64,000 nucleotides of DNA, from the NCBI GenBank assembly GCA_963735805.1, contig CAVTMK010000002.1, positions 1,632,001-1,696,000 of the forward strand. The letters are read 5' to 3'. The position numbers and the translations under genes are program-made. Below are positions 52,353 through 60,403 of the stretch, piece after piece (the stretch's first letter is position 1; every line of letters starts with the position of its first letter). The stretch comes from an uncultured Verrucomicrobiae bacterium. GTDB taxonomy: Bacteria; Verrucomicrobiota; Verrucomicrobiia; Chthoniobacterales; UBA10450. The notes under the pieces were generated by a model. The model was not told the origin of the DNA, did no database searches, and saw only the letters and a program-made list of their open reading frames with translations.

Positions 52353-52447
52353 GTCTAACGAAAAAGAGATAAGCGATGGCAGACTGTCGTGGTAAAGTTG
52401 CTCGCAATTATGGAATCAGGGGCGTTGGTTTCATCGATCGGTTAGAT
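52353..52447 (-). mobile_element. attC site (canonical) of the DUF1579-like cassette
   Basis: ATCTAAC-CGATC-GATGAAAC ... GCTTATC-TCTTTTTC-GTTAGAC (RYYYAAC/GTTRRRY). Confidence 0.88.
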
Positions 52448-52469
52448 GGCCAGCGCGCGTCGGGGCTAG

Positions 52470-53021
52470 CTACCTGATTTTCGTAACCTTGCCTTCTGCG
52501 ATCACCGTCCATGGCCCATCGTGTTTCGACGCCTCGGCCTTGTACGTGTATAATGTCGGCGACACCTGCATTTCGGTATACCTGAGTTGGATGGGCCTCC
52601 CTTCTCCATCGCTATCCAAGTCTTTTACGAAGGTGCGTTTGTTTCCGACGATGGAACCACCTGTGCTATATTCGCTCTCGCCAAGGCTGCTGATACCATA
52701 CTCGGTGTAGGCCTTCGCCTTCTCATCGTAGGCCAGGATGTTTAGGAACGTTCGCTTCCCAGTGGGCCCGCTCTCCTCGCCCCGACACACCAGATGAAAA
52801 CCTCCGGCGAACCAATCGCAGGTCACCGTGCTCGAAAGCTTGCCCGCAGGCCCGAACGGGCCGCCCTTCGTCTCCCCCTCACCTCTCCAAGTGCCGAGGT
52901 AGTAGGCTAACCTCTGAACCTCCGGCGGCGTAGTTGCAATTGGTGAGGCCGTCGGCGCTTGCGCAAACGAGCTTAGTGAAAGCGCGAGGGAACAAATGCA
53001 GGCAATAATTACTCTATTCAT
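52470..53021 (-). CDS. Secreted DUF1579-like protein (gene cassette)
   Basis: Signal peptide MNRVIIACICSLALSLSSFA; L..YLGTW.GEG, C.WF.GGF, YD...K.Y. Confidence 0.72.
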   Translation of the reverse strand: MNRVIIACICSLALSLSSFAQAPTASPIATTPPEVQRLAYYLGTWRGEGETKGGPFGPAGKLSSTVTCDWFAGGFHLVCRGEESGPTGKRTFLNILAYDEKAKAYTEYGISSLGESEYSTGGSIVGNKRTFVKDLDSDGEGRPIQLRYTEMQVSPTLYTYKAEASKHDGPWTVIAEGKVTKIR

Positions 53022-53108
53022 ATGGGTAGTCGATCGTGGGATGCGCTCAACGCTCCATTTGGATTCAACTATTTCAAGCCAGCAACCGTAAGTTAACGGG
53101 TTTTTAGC

Positions 53109-53232
53109 ATCTAACGAGAACAAGATGAGCGACGGCGGACGAGACCGGGCAGCGCTCGGAGTGGAAGTGTGGAAGTCATCTCAAAAGTGGAGCCTACAGC
53201 GGTCCGCCGTTCGCTCCATCGCATGGCTAGAC
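53109..53232 (-). mobile_element. attC site of the PaaI cassette
   Basis: GTCTAGC-CATGC-GATGGAGC ... GCTCATC-TTGTTCTC-GTTAGAT; L''/L' pair with one extrahelical base. Confidence 0.88.
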
Positions 53233-53640
53233 AGTTTTGGTGACAATGGTCGACAACATAGTAGCGATGACCTCCTCATCCGATTCCCGGATGGCGTGCA
53301 CCTCGGCAGTGCAGAACGAAAGTCTCCTACCGCCTCGCAGCACTGATCCCAGAGCCAAGAATCGCTCTCCGCGCGCCGGTGCGAGCAAGCTGATCTTGAA
53401 CTCAACAGTAAGGACCTCCGCGCCGCTGGGTGCGAGCGTCATGGCTGCGTAGCCGCAGGCACTGTCTGCAATACTGCTGATCACACCTGCATGGACATAG
53501 CCGTGCTGCTGCGTGAGTGCGGGCGCGAATGGCACGGCAATGTGAACGCGGCCCGGCTCGACAAGCTCGAGAGACGCTCCGAGCGTCTTCATGAAGGCTT
53601 GTCGTGTGAAACTACTTCGAATCTCGTCTGGAGTAGCCAA
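53227..53640 (-). CDS. PaaI family thioesterase (gene cassette)
   Basis: QQHGYVHAGV...ADSACGYAA, LTVEFKI.LL.PA. Stop lies inside R''. Confidence 0.9.
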   Translation of the reverse strand: MATPDEIRSSFTRQAFMKTLGASLELVEPGRVHIAVPFAPALTQQHGYVHAGVISSIADSACGYAAMTLAPSGAEVLTVEFKISLLAPARGERFLALGSVLRGGRRLSFCTAEVHAIRESDEEVIATMLSTIVTKTV

Positions 53641-53651
53641 AGCGCGTTACC

Positions 53652-53669
53652 ATCTAACGACAATTAGAC
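53652..53669 (-). mobile_element. attI-like site heading the cassette array (GTCTAATTGTCGTTAGAT)
   Basis: GTTAGAT core with a closely spaced inverted box and no attC hairpin upstream; immediately precedes the first cassette. Confidence 0.65.
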
Positions 53670-53818
53670 TGCATCTTGCAATCTATTTTCTGGTTTTCCA
53701 AAGGACAACACACAAAAGGCCGCATGGCGAGAATGGTGCCAAATCATTTAGCATTTAGAAGCGCAATGATCTGCGGGCGACCCTCTCAAGTTCCAAAATG
53801 CGGTCAGCTTCTTCTCTC

Positions 53819-54073
53819 TCACGTTTCCTCGGTGAACATTCCCATTGTATCTCTAATCTCATCCCAATGGCCGAGCATGTTGTTGAGAGTTGAATGGACA
53901 AGTCTTTGTTTAGTTCCGTCTTCTTCCGTAGAAAGTTCCTTTAACCCCGTGACGACAATAGGAAATCGATCGTTCTGGGTTAGTTTTAAGCCATACGCCT
54001 TGTTCTTTCCGTAACCGTATTCGGTGGTGTCGCCGACATACACTGCAGTAATAATATTAACTGTCTTTGTCAT
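53819..54073 (-). CDS. Hypothetical protein
   Basis: AAGG upstream of the ATG, 84 aa, AT-richer than its flanks; no family recognised. Confidence 0.45.
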   Translation of the reverse strand: MTKTVNIITAVYVGDTTEYGYGKNKAYGLKLTQNDRFPIVVTGLKELSTEEDGTKQRLVHSTLNNMLGHWDEIRDTMGMFTEET

Positions 54074-54287
54074 TGCCTTTTGCCTTATGAATTGTTGACC
54101 ACTTGCGGCGCAGGTTTGCTCGCTTCAAGTCCGCCGCGGGACGGACTCGCTGTAGCAAGCTGCGCATTCATGTTCTGAAAACGCGGCGTTCATAAAAAAG
54201 GTCGTAAGAAATCCTGTGCGATTTGGCGAGACAAACGCGCGTTGGTCACTTGACACAGTCCCTGTTGAGCGCCTTAAGTCATGCTGG

Positions 54288-55442
54288 ATGAAACTCACTC
54301 AGGTCCGATACTTTTCGCATACGCTGATAATTGTTATCTGCTGCTGCAGTTCGATCGCATTGGCGGTGAGTGCAGCGGGCGCGCGTTTTAGTTTTCCGGA
54401 TTGGATTGAGCTTTCGCCAAACAATCCTCCACCGGCGCGTTCATACCTTGCAATGACCTACGATCCGGTCAGCGGGAAGATCTTTGCGTTTGGCGGATTC
54501 GACGGCACAGGCTATCTAAATGACACATGGAGTTTCGACGGCACGAATTGGACGCGGATCGCCACACAGTCTGCGCCCCCAGCCCGCTCTGCCGCCCAAA
54601 TGACCTACGATTCTGTCTCTCAAAAGGTAGTGCTCTTTGGCGGGTTCGACGGAACCAATTACCTGGGCGATACATGGCTTTGGGATGGGTCAACGTTACA
54701 ATGGACTGAGGCGACACCCAATCATCACCCGTCGGCTGTCACCGGTCCAATGTTGTTTCCCGATCCGAATGGCAAGGCCGACCTTTTTGGCGGGTTCGAC
54801 GGCCAATTCTACCAGCTTACCATGTGGCAATGGACCGGCTCCGATTGGACGGAGTTATCGCCATCGACTGTTCCGTTCGCTCGGGCTTCAGCAGCCGTTG
54901 CAACAAATACGTCCACGGGACAAGTTGTTATGTTTGGCGGTCTCGCTGATGTTAACCCGAATAACACTTGGACTTATGATGGCACGACATGGACTCTCCA
55001 ATCTCCGGCTGTGCAACCTCTTCTAGTGTATGCCGCTTCTGCCGCTTTCGATCCCAAACAGCAAGGAGTAATTCTCTTTGGAGGTGGAAGCGGCGGTGTG
55101 GACCAGAACACGACATGGTTATGGGATCAGGTCGGCGCCACGTGGACACTCCTGTCTACGCCCCAATCGCCGCCCGCGCGCGAAGGCGCTGGCATGGCTT
55201 ACGACGCGGCTTTACAGCGTCTGGTTCTCTTCGGCGGTCAGGATAACAACGGATATTTGAACGATACCTGGGAACTCATTCCAACAGCGACGCCGACTCC
55301 GACTCCCACTCCTACTTCTACACCCACCGCTACACCTACACCGACTTCTACGCCCACCCCTACTCCATCAGCTACTCCCACGCCCAGAGTGACACCCAGG
55401 ACTCGCCCCACGCCGCATCCTCGCCCGACGCCCCCACAGTGA
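54288..55442 (+). CDS. Secreted Kelch-repeat beta-propeller with Pro/Thr tail
   Basis: Six (F/L)GG...DTW-type repeats; (PT)n C-terminus. Confidence 0.88.
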   Translation: MKLTQVRYFSHTLIIVICCCSSIALAVSAAGARFSFPDWIELSPNNPPPARSYLAMTYDPVSGKIFAFGGFDGTGYLNDTWSFDGTNWTRIATQSAPPARSAAQMTYDSVSQKVVLFGGFDGTNYLGDTWLWDGSTLQWTEATPNHHPSAVTGPMLFPDPNGKADLFGGFDGQFYQLTMWQWTGSDWTELSPSTVPFARASAAVATNTSTGQVVMFGGLADVNPNNTWTYDGTTWTLQSPAVQPLLVYAASAAFDPKQQGVILFGGGSGGVDQNTTWLWDQVGATWTLLSTPQSPPAREGAGMAYDAALQRLVLFGGQDNNGYLNDTWELIPTATPTPTPTPTSTPTATPTPTSTPTPTPSATPTPRVTPRTRPTPHPRPTPPQ

Positions 55443-55615
55443 CGGAAACGCGGCGGATTGTGCTTCTTCTTCACACAGCAACGGTGACGTGATATCAACA
55501 AACGCGAATGAAGCGGGCTTTAATCGCTCGACTGGCGTTTTTTAAGCGTACCGGCCTCGACTGAGAGAACGGTCCTGAAATCCTTTCCGGGAACAACCCA
55601 GAGTAAGTTCGCGAC

Positions 55616-55966
55616 TTACTCAATCTCCGCAGTGATCTTACCGTGGACGTCCTTCAAGGTGACTGTGTCGACGCCTGCCAGGTCTACCTTGTTAAAAGTT
55701 ACCGAGAGTCCCTCGTCGTCCACCAGGTTGAAATCCCAAAATTCCGATTTCGCGTCATTCTTGAAGCGCACCTGAATCTTTCCCCCGGCAGCGAGCACTT
55801 TTCCGTCGAGAAGGAGGTTTGCGTCCCAATCCTTGTTGTCGGCAGCCGTAATATAGAGACCTTCAAAGCTTCGCCCGGTCTGGTTCACCAAGGTAAAGTC
55901 GAGGTCGGCCGCGAATACGTTTACGACGCTTACGAGGAGGATGAACAGAAAGAAACGGAATTTCAT
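55616..55966 (-). CDS. Small secreted protein
   Basis: Signal peptide; DFTLVNQTG...LYI......W..NLL pattern. Confidence 0.72.
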   Translation of the reverse strand: MKFRFFLFILLVSVVNVFAADLDFTLVNQTGRSFEGLYITAADNKDWDANLLLDGKVLAAGGKIQVRFKNDAKSEFWDFNLVDDEGLSVTFNKVDLAGVDTVTLKDVHGKITAEIE

Positions 55967-55975
55967 GAGCGAACT

Positions 55976-56281
55976 CTATTTTTTCTTTTTCTTTTGAGAG
56001 GTAGTCTTTTTGTAAACAGTGCGACCATATTGGTCCTTCACCTTTGTAGTCTTGAACACCTTGTTGCCTTTTCTTTTCTTGCTTGTGTATTCGTAATAGC
56101 GCGGTTGGCGGTAGACTTTAGGCTGGTTGAAATAGGGGTCGAAGTCGCCTGGATAGGGCCGGTCCTCCACATACACGACGAATCCATTCGAGAAGATCCC
56201 GGAATGGCTTATTTTGGGACAGCCCAAGAACAGGAAAGCCATGATTAAGATCCGTGAGATAGAGCGAAAAGTCACGCGCAT
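55976..56281 (-). CDS. Small secreted Lys-rich hypothetical protein
   Basis: Hydrophobic N-terminus, basic C-terminus; 9 bp from the next gene. Confidence 0.55.
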   Translation of the reverse strand: MRVTFRSISRILIMAFLFLGCPKISHSGIFSNGFVVYVEDRPYPGDFDPYFNQPKVYRQPRYYEYTSKKRKGNKVFKTTKVKDQYGRTVYKKTTSQKKKKK

Positions 56282-56497
56282 GGTCTAGCAGGAGCCGTGG
56301 GCCGGGTCAATCGAAATCGGGTCTGCTAAACAACAGACCATTTGGAATGCAACTTCGCGATAAACCGGGCAGGTGTCGGGACGCATGCGCGGCCGAACTA
56401 ATCGACGCGATCGCGAACTACGCAACACACGCCAGCCGGGGGCCTGCAGGCCCGGATCGTCAAACAGCGCCTCCCTGCAGGCCCCTCGATGCTCAAC

Positions 56498-57553
56498 TCA
56501 CCGCGCCGGCACCGCAGCTCCCCACGCCGACGGCGACAGGTCGAGTGGAGTAGCCAGCGACGGGGAAACGTTCGTTTTCATTTCTGGTCCCGCCGGAGTT
56601 GTCGGCGGTGTGCCTCTGACGCGAGCCAGGAATCCGTGGGCAATGCCGGCAGCATCGGCGTAACGGCCAACTATAATCCCTTGCGAACTAATTCCATTAA
56701 GCGATGTAAAGGTTGACCCGGGGAAATCGAAGGTGAAGAAGTTGTTTGGCGGGACAAAGAAGAGTCCATGAGTCGCGCCCGCGCTGTCCGCATATCTGCC
56801 CACCACCCAGTCCTTATTGTTAAGTCCAAACAGGACTGTCGCAACGGAGCCCGGAGGATCGATCGGGAAGTGCAGCGCCCCATTGGCGTCCCGGTAATAG
56901 CCGTGAAGGGTTCCTGCGCCATCTATATAATATCCCACAACCAGCTTTTTTGAGTTATTGATCTCGTAAGCAAAGGTGCCTCCGGCAGCACCCGGGACGC
57001 TAAACGACGTTATAGCTCCGCGACGGTCGACAAACCCCTGGAAGACACCGCTGCCATCATCAAATCCGCCGGTAACATCGCCGGGCTCGTTTATCCCAAG
57101 CAGATTGGTCTGGAGCGCGCCGGGAACATCGTATTCTGTGAAGGTGCCGCCCGACCAGAAAAACGAGTGAATTGTGCCATCGCTGGCGGCATAGTCACCG
57201 ACTACTGTGCGTGGGTTATTGATGCCTCGTCCTTCGGTAAAACCCACCGTATCGTTAGGATCGACGATCGGGTCGGTAAAGCTACCATTGCTGAAGCGGA
57301 CAAAACCGCTCGTCACCCCGGCCGCATCGATGAACTCGCCAACGACGTCGCCTCTTTCGTTAATCTTTTGCGGAAGGGTCGAAATTCCTGCCCCGGGATA
57401 ATCAAAAGTGGAAATCACTTCAATCGACCCCGAGTTCCGCGCTTGCTGAGCGAATGCTCCCATTAATGGGAACACGAATAGAACTGCCAGAATGCTGCTA
57501 AGTATTTGTCTTGGTTTCATAATGCTTATTACCTCCTTAGTTGAATTTGCCAT
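56498..57553 (-). CDS. Secreted repeat protein (HAF-like beta-propeller)
   Basis: About six repeats of D.PG...T...GIN..G.VVG.Y.D..G..HGF. Start may be 57520 (MKPRQ). Confidence 0.82.
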   Translation of the reverse strand: MANSTKEVISIMKPRQILSSILAVLFVFPLMGAFAQQARNSGSIEVISTFDYPGAGISTLPQKINERGDVVGEFIDAAGVTSGFVRFSNGSFTDPIVDPNDTVGFTEGRGINNPRTVVGDYAASDGTIHSFFWSGGTFTEYDVPGALQTNLLGINEPGDVTGGFDDGSGVFQGFVDRRGAITSFSVPGAAGGTFAYEINNSKKLVVGYYIDGAGTLHGYYRDANGALHFPIDPPGSVATVLFGLNNKDWVVGRYADSAGATHGLFFVPPNNFFTFDFPGSTFTSLNGISSQGIIVGRYADAAGIAHGFLARVRGTPPTTPAGPEMKTNVSPSLATPLDLSPSAWGAAVPAR

Positions 57554-57683
57554 TGCTAAACTGCCTATGTGGCAACAGCGCCAGATCCAGATTGCGAATT
57601 TCGATATGACCAGATTACGCGTTATCTGGTTTCGCAGACTCGCTTCTGGGTTGCCGTCGCAACCATCGCCGTCAAAAGGGCGC

Positions 57684-60056
57684 TCAAGGCGAGGTCAAGT
57701 TCCAACCGGTTGGAAGTGTTGGACCGAACGCGCTGCTGACAAAAACGTTGTTGTTCAGATACCAGATCGCCGTTTGATGCGTGCTGTTGTTGTAAAGCAG
57801 ATAATCCGGCTTCCCGTCACCGTTAAAGTCCGCTGTGGCTACCAATGTCCAGTTACCGGGGACGGTTGGCCCCCACGCGCCGCCAATAAGCGTTGTTCCT
57901 GATAAATAGGCGACAGCTGTGTAACCTGAAGTGGGATAAAATAGGAGATAATCTGCGTGCCCATCGCTATCAAAGTCTGCTACCCCCATCACTAACCAGC
58001 CGCCCGGCAGCCTTGGGCCGGCGTCGCCGCCAATCAAAACGTTATTGTTTAGATACCAGATCGCCGTTTGACGCGTGATGGCGTTGTAAAGCACGTAATC
58101 CGGATTGTTATCACCATTAAAATCGGCGGCTCCGACTAGTTCCCACCCATTGGGCAGAGTCGGCCCATAAGCGCCTCCAATTACCGTTGGTCCCGACAAA
58201 TACCACAGTGCTGTCTGAGCCGTACTGAGAGCAAAGAGTGCATAATCTGAGTGACCATCGATATTGAAATCTCCCACAGCATTTAATCCCCACCCTGCTG
58301 CAAGAATTGGGCCGGCGTCGCCGCCAATCAAAACGTTGTTGTTTAGATACCAGATCGCCGTTTGAGGCGTGTTAGTATTACGAAGCACGTAGTCTGGATG
58401 GCCATCGCTGTTAAAGTCTCCTATTGCAGCTCTAGCCGGAGTTGGAGTAGGCGTAGGCGTGGGCGTAGGCGTAGCGCCCGACCGAGTAACCGCAGCGAGA
58501 ATATCGACCCGTCCGTGGCCGTAGGTATTGTTAGGTGTCACCGACCGGCCGTTGTCACAGCCGCCATTTAGAATATGAATGGCCGCATCATTTATGGCTG
58601 TTCGAGTGAGGCCGATATTGTCCCGCCACTCAGGCCGGGCTGACCAGAGCAGCGCCACGGCACCAGCGATATGCGGAGTCGCCATGGATGTGCCTGTCAT
58701 GGTCGTATACGCATTGTCGGAGGTGTTGACACTCGAACGGACGTCCGTTCCCGGAGCAGTGATATCGGGCTTTAACCGGTGACTTCCATCGATAGTAACC
58801 GGACCGCGGCTGCTAAAGGAAGCGATGACGTCTGTGCCGGTGTTGAGGGCTCCAACCGTATAAGATGCCTGGTAAAAAGACGGAGGAGACAGCAACGTAG
58901 AACAGCCCGGGCCTTGATTGCCCGCTGCTACTACCATCATGATGCCGGCCGCTTGTTGAGCCTCCACAGCAGCCCGCAATGTATTAACCGAACAACCTTC
59001 CGTGGCCGGACAAGTCCATGAGTTGGTCGTAATATCGGGCGCCAAGGTTGGATCGCCCTGGGCTGGCGTGCCGCCCACCGGGTAAGGCGCAAGAAAAAAT
59101 TCCATGCACTCGATATATCTGGCCGGTGTGCCGTTACCCCGGTCCATGTTACGGCAACCGATCCACTTCGCGCCTGGGGCCATGCCGATTTTGTTGCCCA
59201 TGACGTCATCGCCAACTGCAGTGCCTATGGTATGGGTCCCATGACCGTTGTCATCGCAAGGCGCCTGCGCATTGTTACCACAGGGATTGCCAGCGCTATT
59301 GTGAATAGAGTCGTGCCAGTTATAATTGTGGTTGGATATTGTTCCGTTCCAGCCGCGATAGTGACGCTTAAGCGCATTATGCGTCCAGCGAACGCCGGTA
59401 TCGGCGCTTCCGATCACGAGTCCCTGCCCGGTGAATCCCAGCGCCCAGACTTGAGGTGCGTGGGTATAATTGATGTTCGGCGCAATCGCACTCGGAGTCT
59501 CCGGCTGTGAAGGCGTCTCAACTGCAGGAATCGGCTGAGGGAGAACATTCTGAATTTGCGGGTTGCCCTCCACGCGCGCCACATCCGGCCGCGCTGCCAG
59601 CGCCTCGGCGATCTCGCGGCTGCCTTTCACTAAAATCGCGTTGACGATGTGGAAAGACCGATATTCAAGACCGCGTTCACGCAGCCATTGGAGAATTGGT
59701 CCTTGCGTTGCCTGGCTCTTGCTCCACAACGCATCGTGCACGTAACGGCTCTTTTCATTCTTTGTCGCCAAAGCCGCCGCCGGGCCAAGGTCGGCCTGAT
59801 CAACGAGCACGACCATCAACTCCGCTTGCTGGCCATTCGCCGTATGCTCGATCACCCAGGGCTCAATCTTGTTCGCCGTGGCACTCGGGCCACCTTCGCC
59901 GGTGGCACGCGAGGAGCCGATCGCTCCTAACGTAGCTATGCTAGCACCGACAAGGAATAACGAGCACACCATACGCCGCCGTTGCGACAGTATAAATGTG
60001 CGGTGTGCTTTTGTCCTCATGCGATCGCCGAGGTATCTCTGAATTCTTCCTTTCAT
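57684..60056 (-). CDS. S8 subtilisin-like serine protease with Pro/Thr linker and FG-GAP/VCBS repeats
   Basis: ADTG, HGTH, AAGN, GTSMATPH catalytic motifs; five DFN.DG..DY repeats. Confidence 0.92.
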   Translation of the reverse strand: MKGRIQRYLGDRMRTKAHRTFILSQRRRMVCSLFLVGASIATLGAIGSSRATGEGGPSATANKIEPWVIEHTANGQQAELMVVLVDQADLGPAAALATKNEKSRYVHDALWSKSQATQGPILQWLRERGLEYRSFHIVNAILVKGSREIAEALAARPDVARVEGNPQIQNVLPQPIPAVETPSQPETPSAIAPNINYTHAPQVWALGFTGQGLVIGSADTGVRWTHNALKRHYRGWNGTISNHNYNWHDSIHNSAGNPCGNNAQAPCDDNGHGTHTIGTAVGDDVMGNKIGMAPGAKWIGCRNMDRGNGTPARYIECMEFFLAPYPVGGTPAQGDPTLAPDITTNSWTCPATEGCSVNTLRAAVEAQQAAGIMMVVAAGNQGPGCSTLLSPPSFYQASYTVGALNTGTDVIASFSSRGPVTIDGSHRLKPDITAPGTDVRSSVNTSDNAYTTMTGTSMATPHIAGAVALLWSARPEWRDNIGLTRTAINDAAIHILNGGCDNGRSVTPNNTYGHGRVDILAAVTRSGATPTPTPTPTPTPARAAIGDFNSDGHPDYVLRNTNTPQTAIWYLNNNVLIGGDAGPILAAGWGLNAVGDFNIDGHSDYALFALSTAQTALWYLSGPTVIGGAYGPTLPNGWELVGAADFNGDNNPDYVLYNAITRQTAIWYLNNNVLIGGDAGPRLPGGWLVMGVADFDSDGHADYLLFYPTSGYTAVAYLSGTTLIGGAWGPTVPGNWTLVATADFNGDGKPDYLLYNNSTHQTAIWYLNNNVFVSSAFGPTLPTGWNLTSP

Positions 60057-60403
60057 AGCGATGCTTTACCTCTTCCTTCTTTCGACCGCTGGTTGATTCT
60101 CCGGAAGTGCGGGCTCGGAAGGGGCGAAGAACCTAGCGGGGAAAAAGTCTTCCGCCTGAGAGTGGTTCAAATCCGCTTTAACAGCATCGAGTTTTGAGAA
60201 AATCGCGCCCGCTTGTCAAGCCAATTCACCGTGACGATCTGGCCGCTGCGAGGCAAAGAAACGCAACCATTTTGTCGTTGCCCTGTGGAGAACAAAAGAG
60301 CACAATTCATCACGTAAATTACTGGAATACCATCACTGACACTCTCGACAGTCTGATTAAGGCGCGATTATGAAATTTACGTAATCTTAGAGGGTACGAC
60401 GAG

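Noticed and set aside
55285..55440. Pro/Thr repeats (also 58440-58475) as DNA-level repeats
   Set aside because: These are ordinary coding linkers with degenerate codons.
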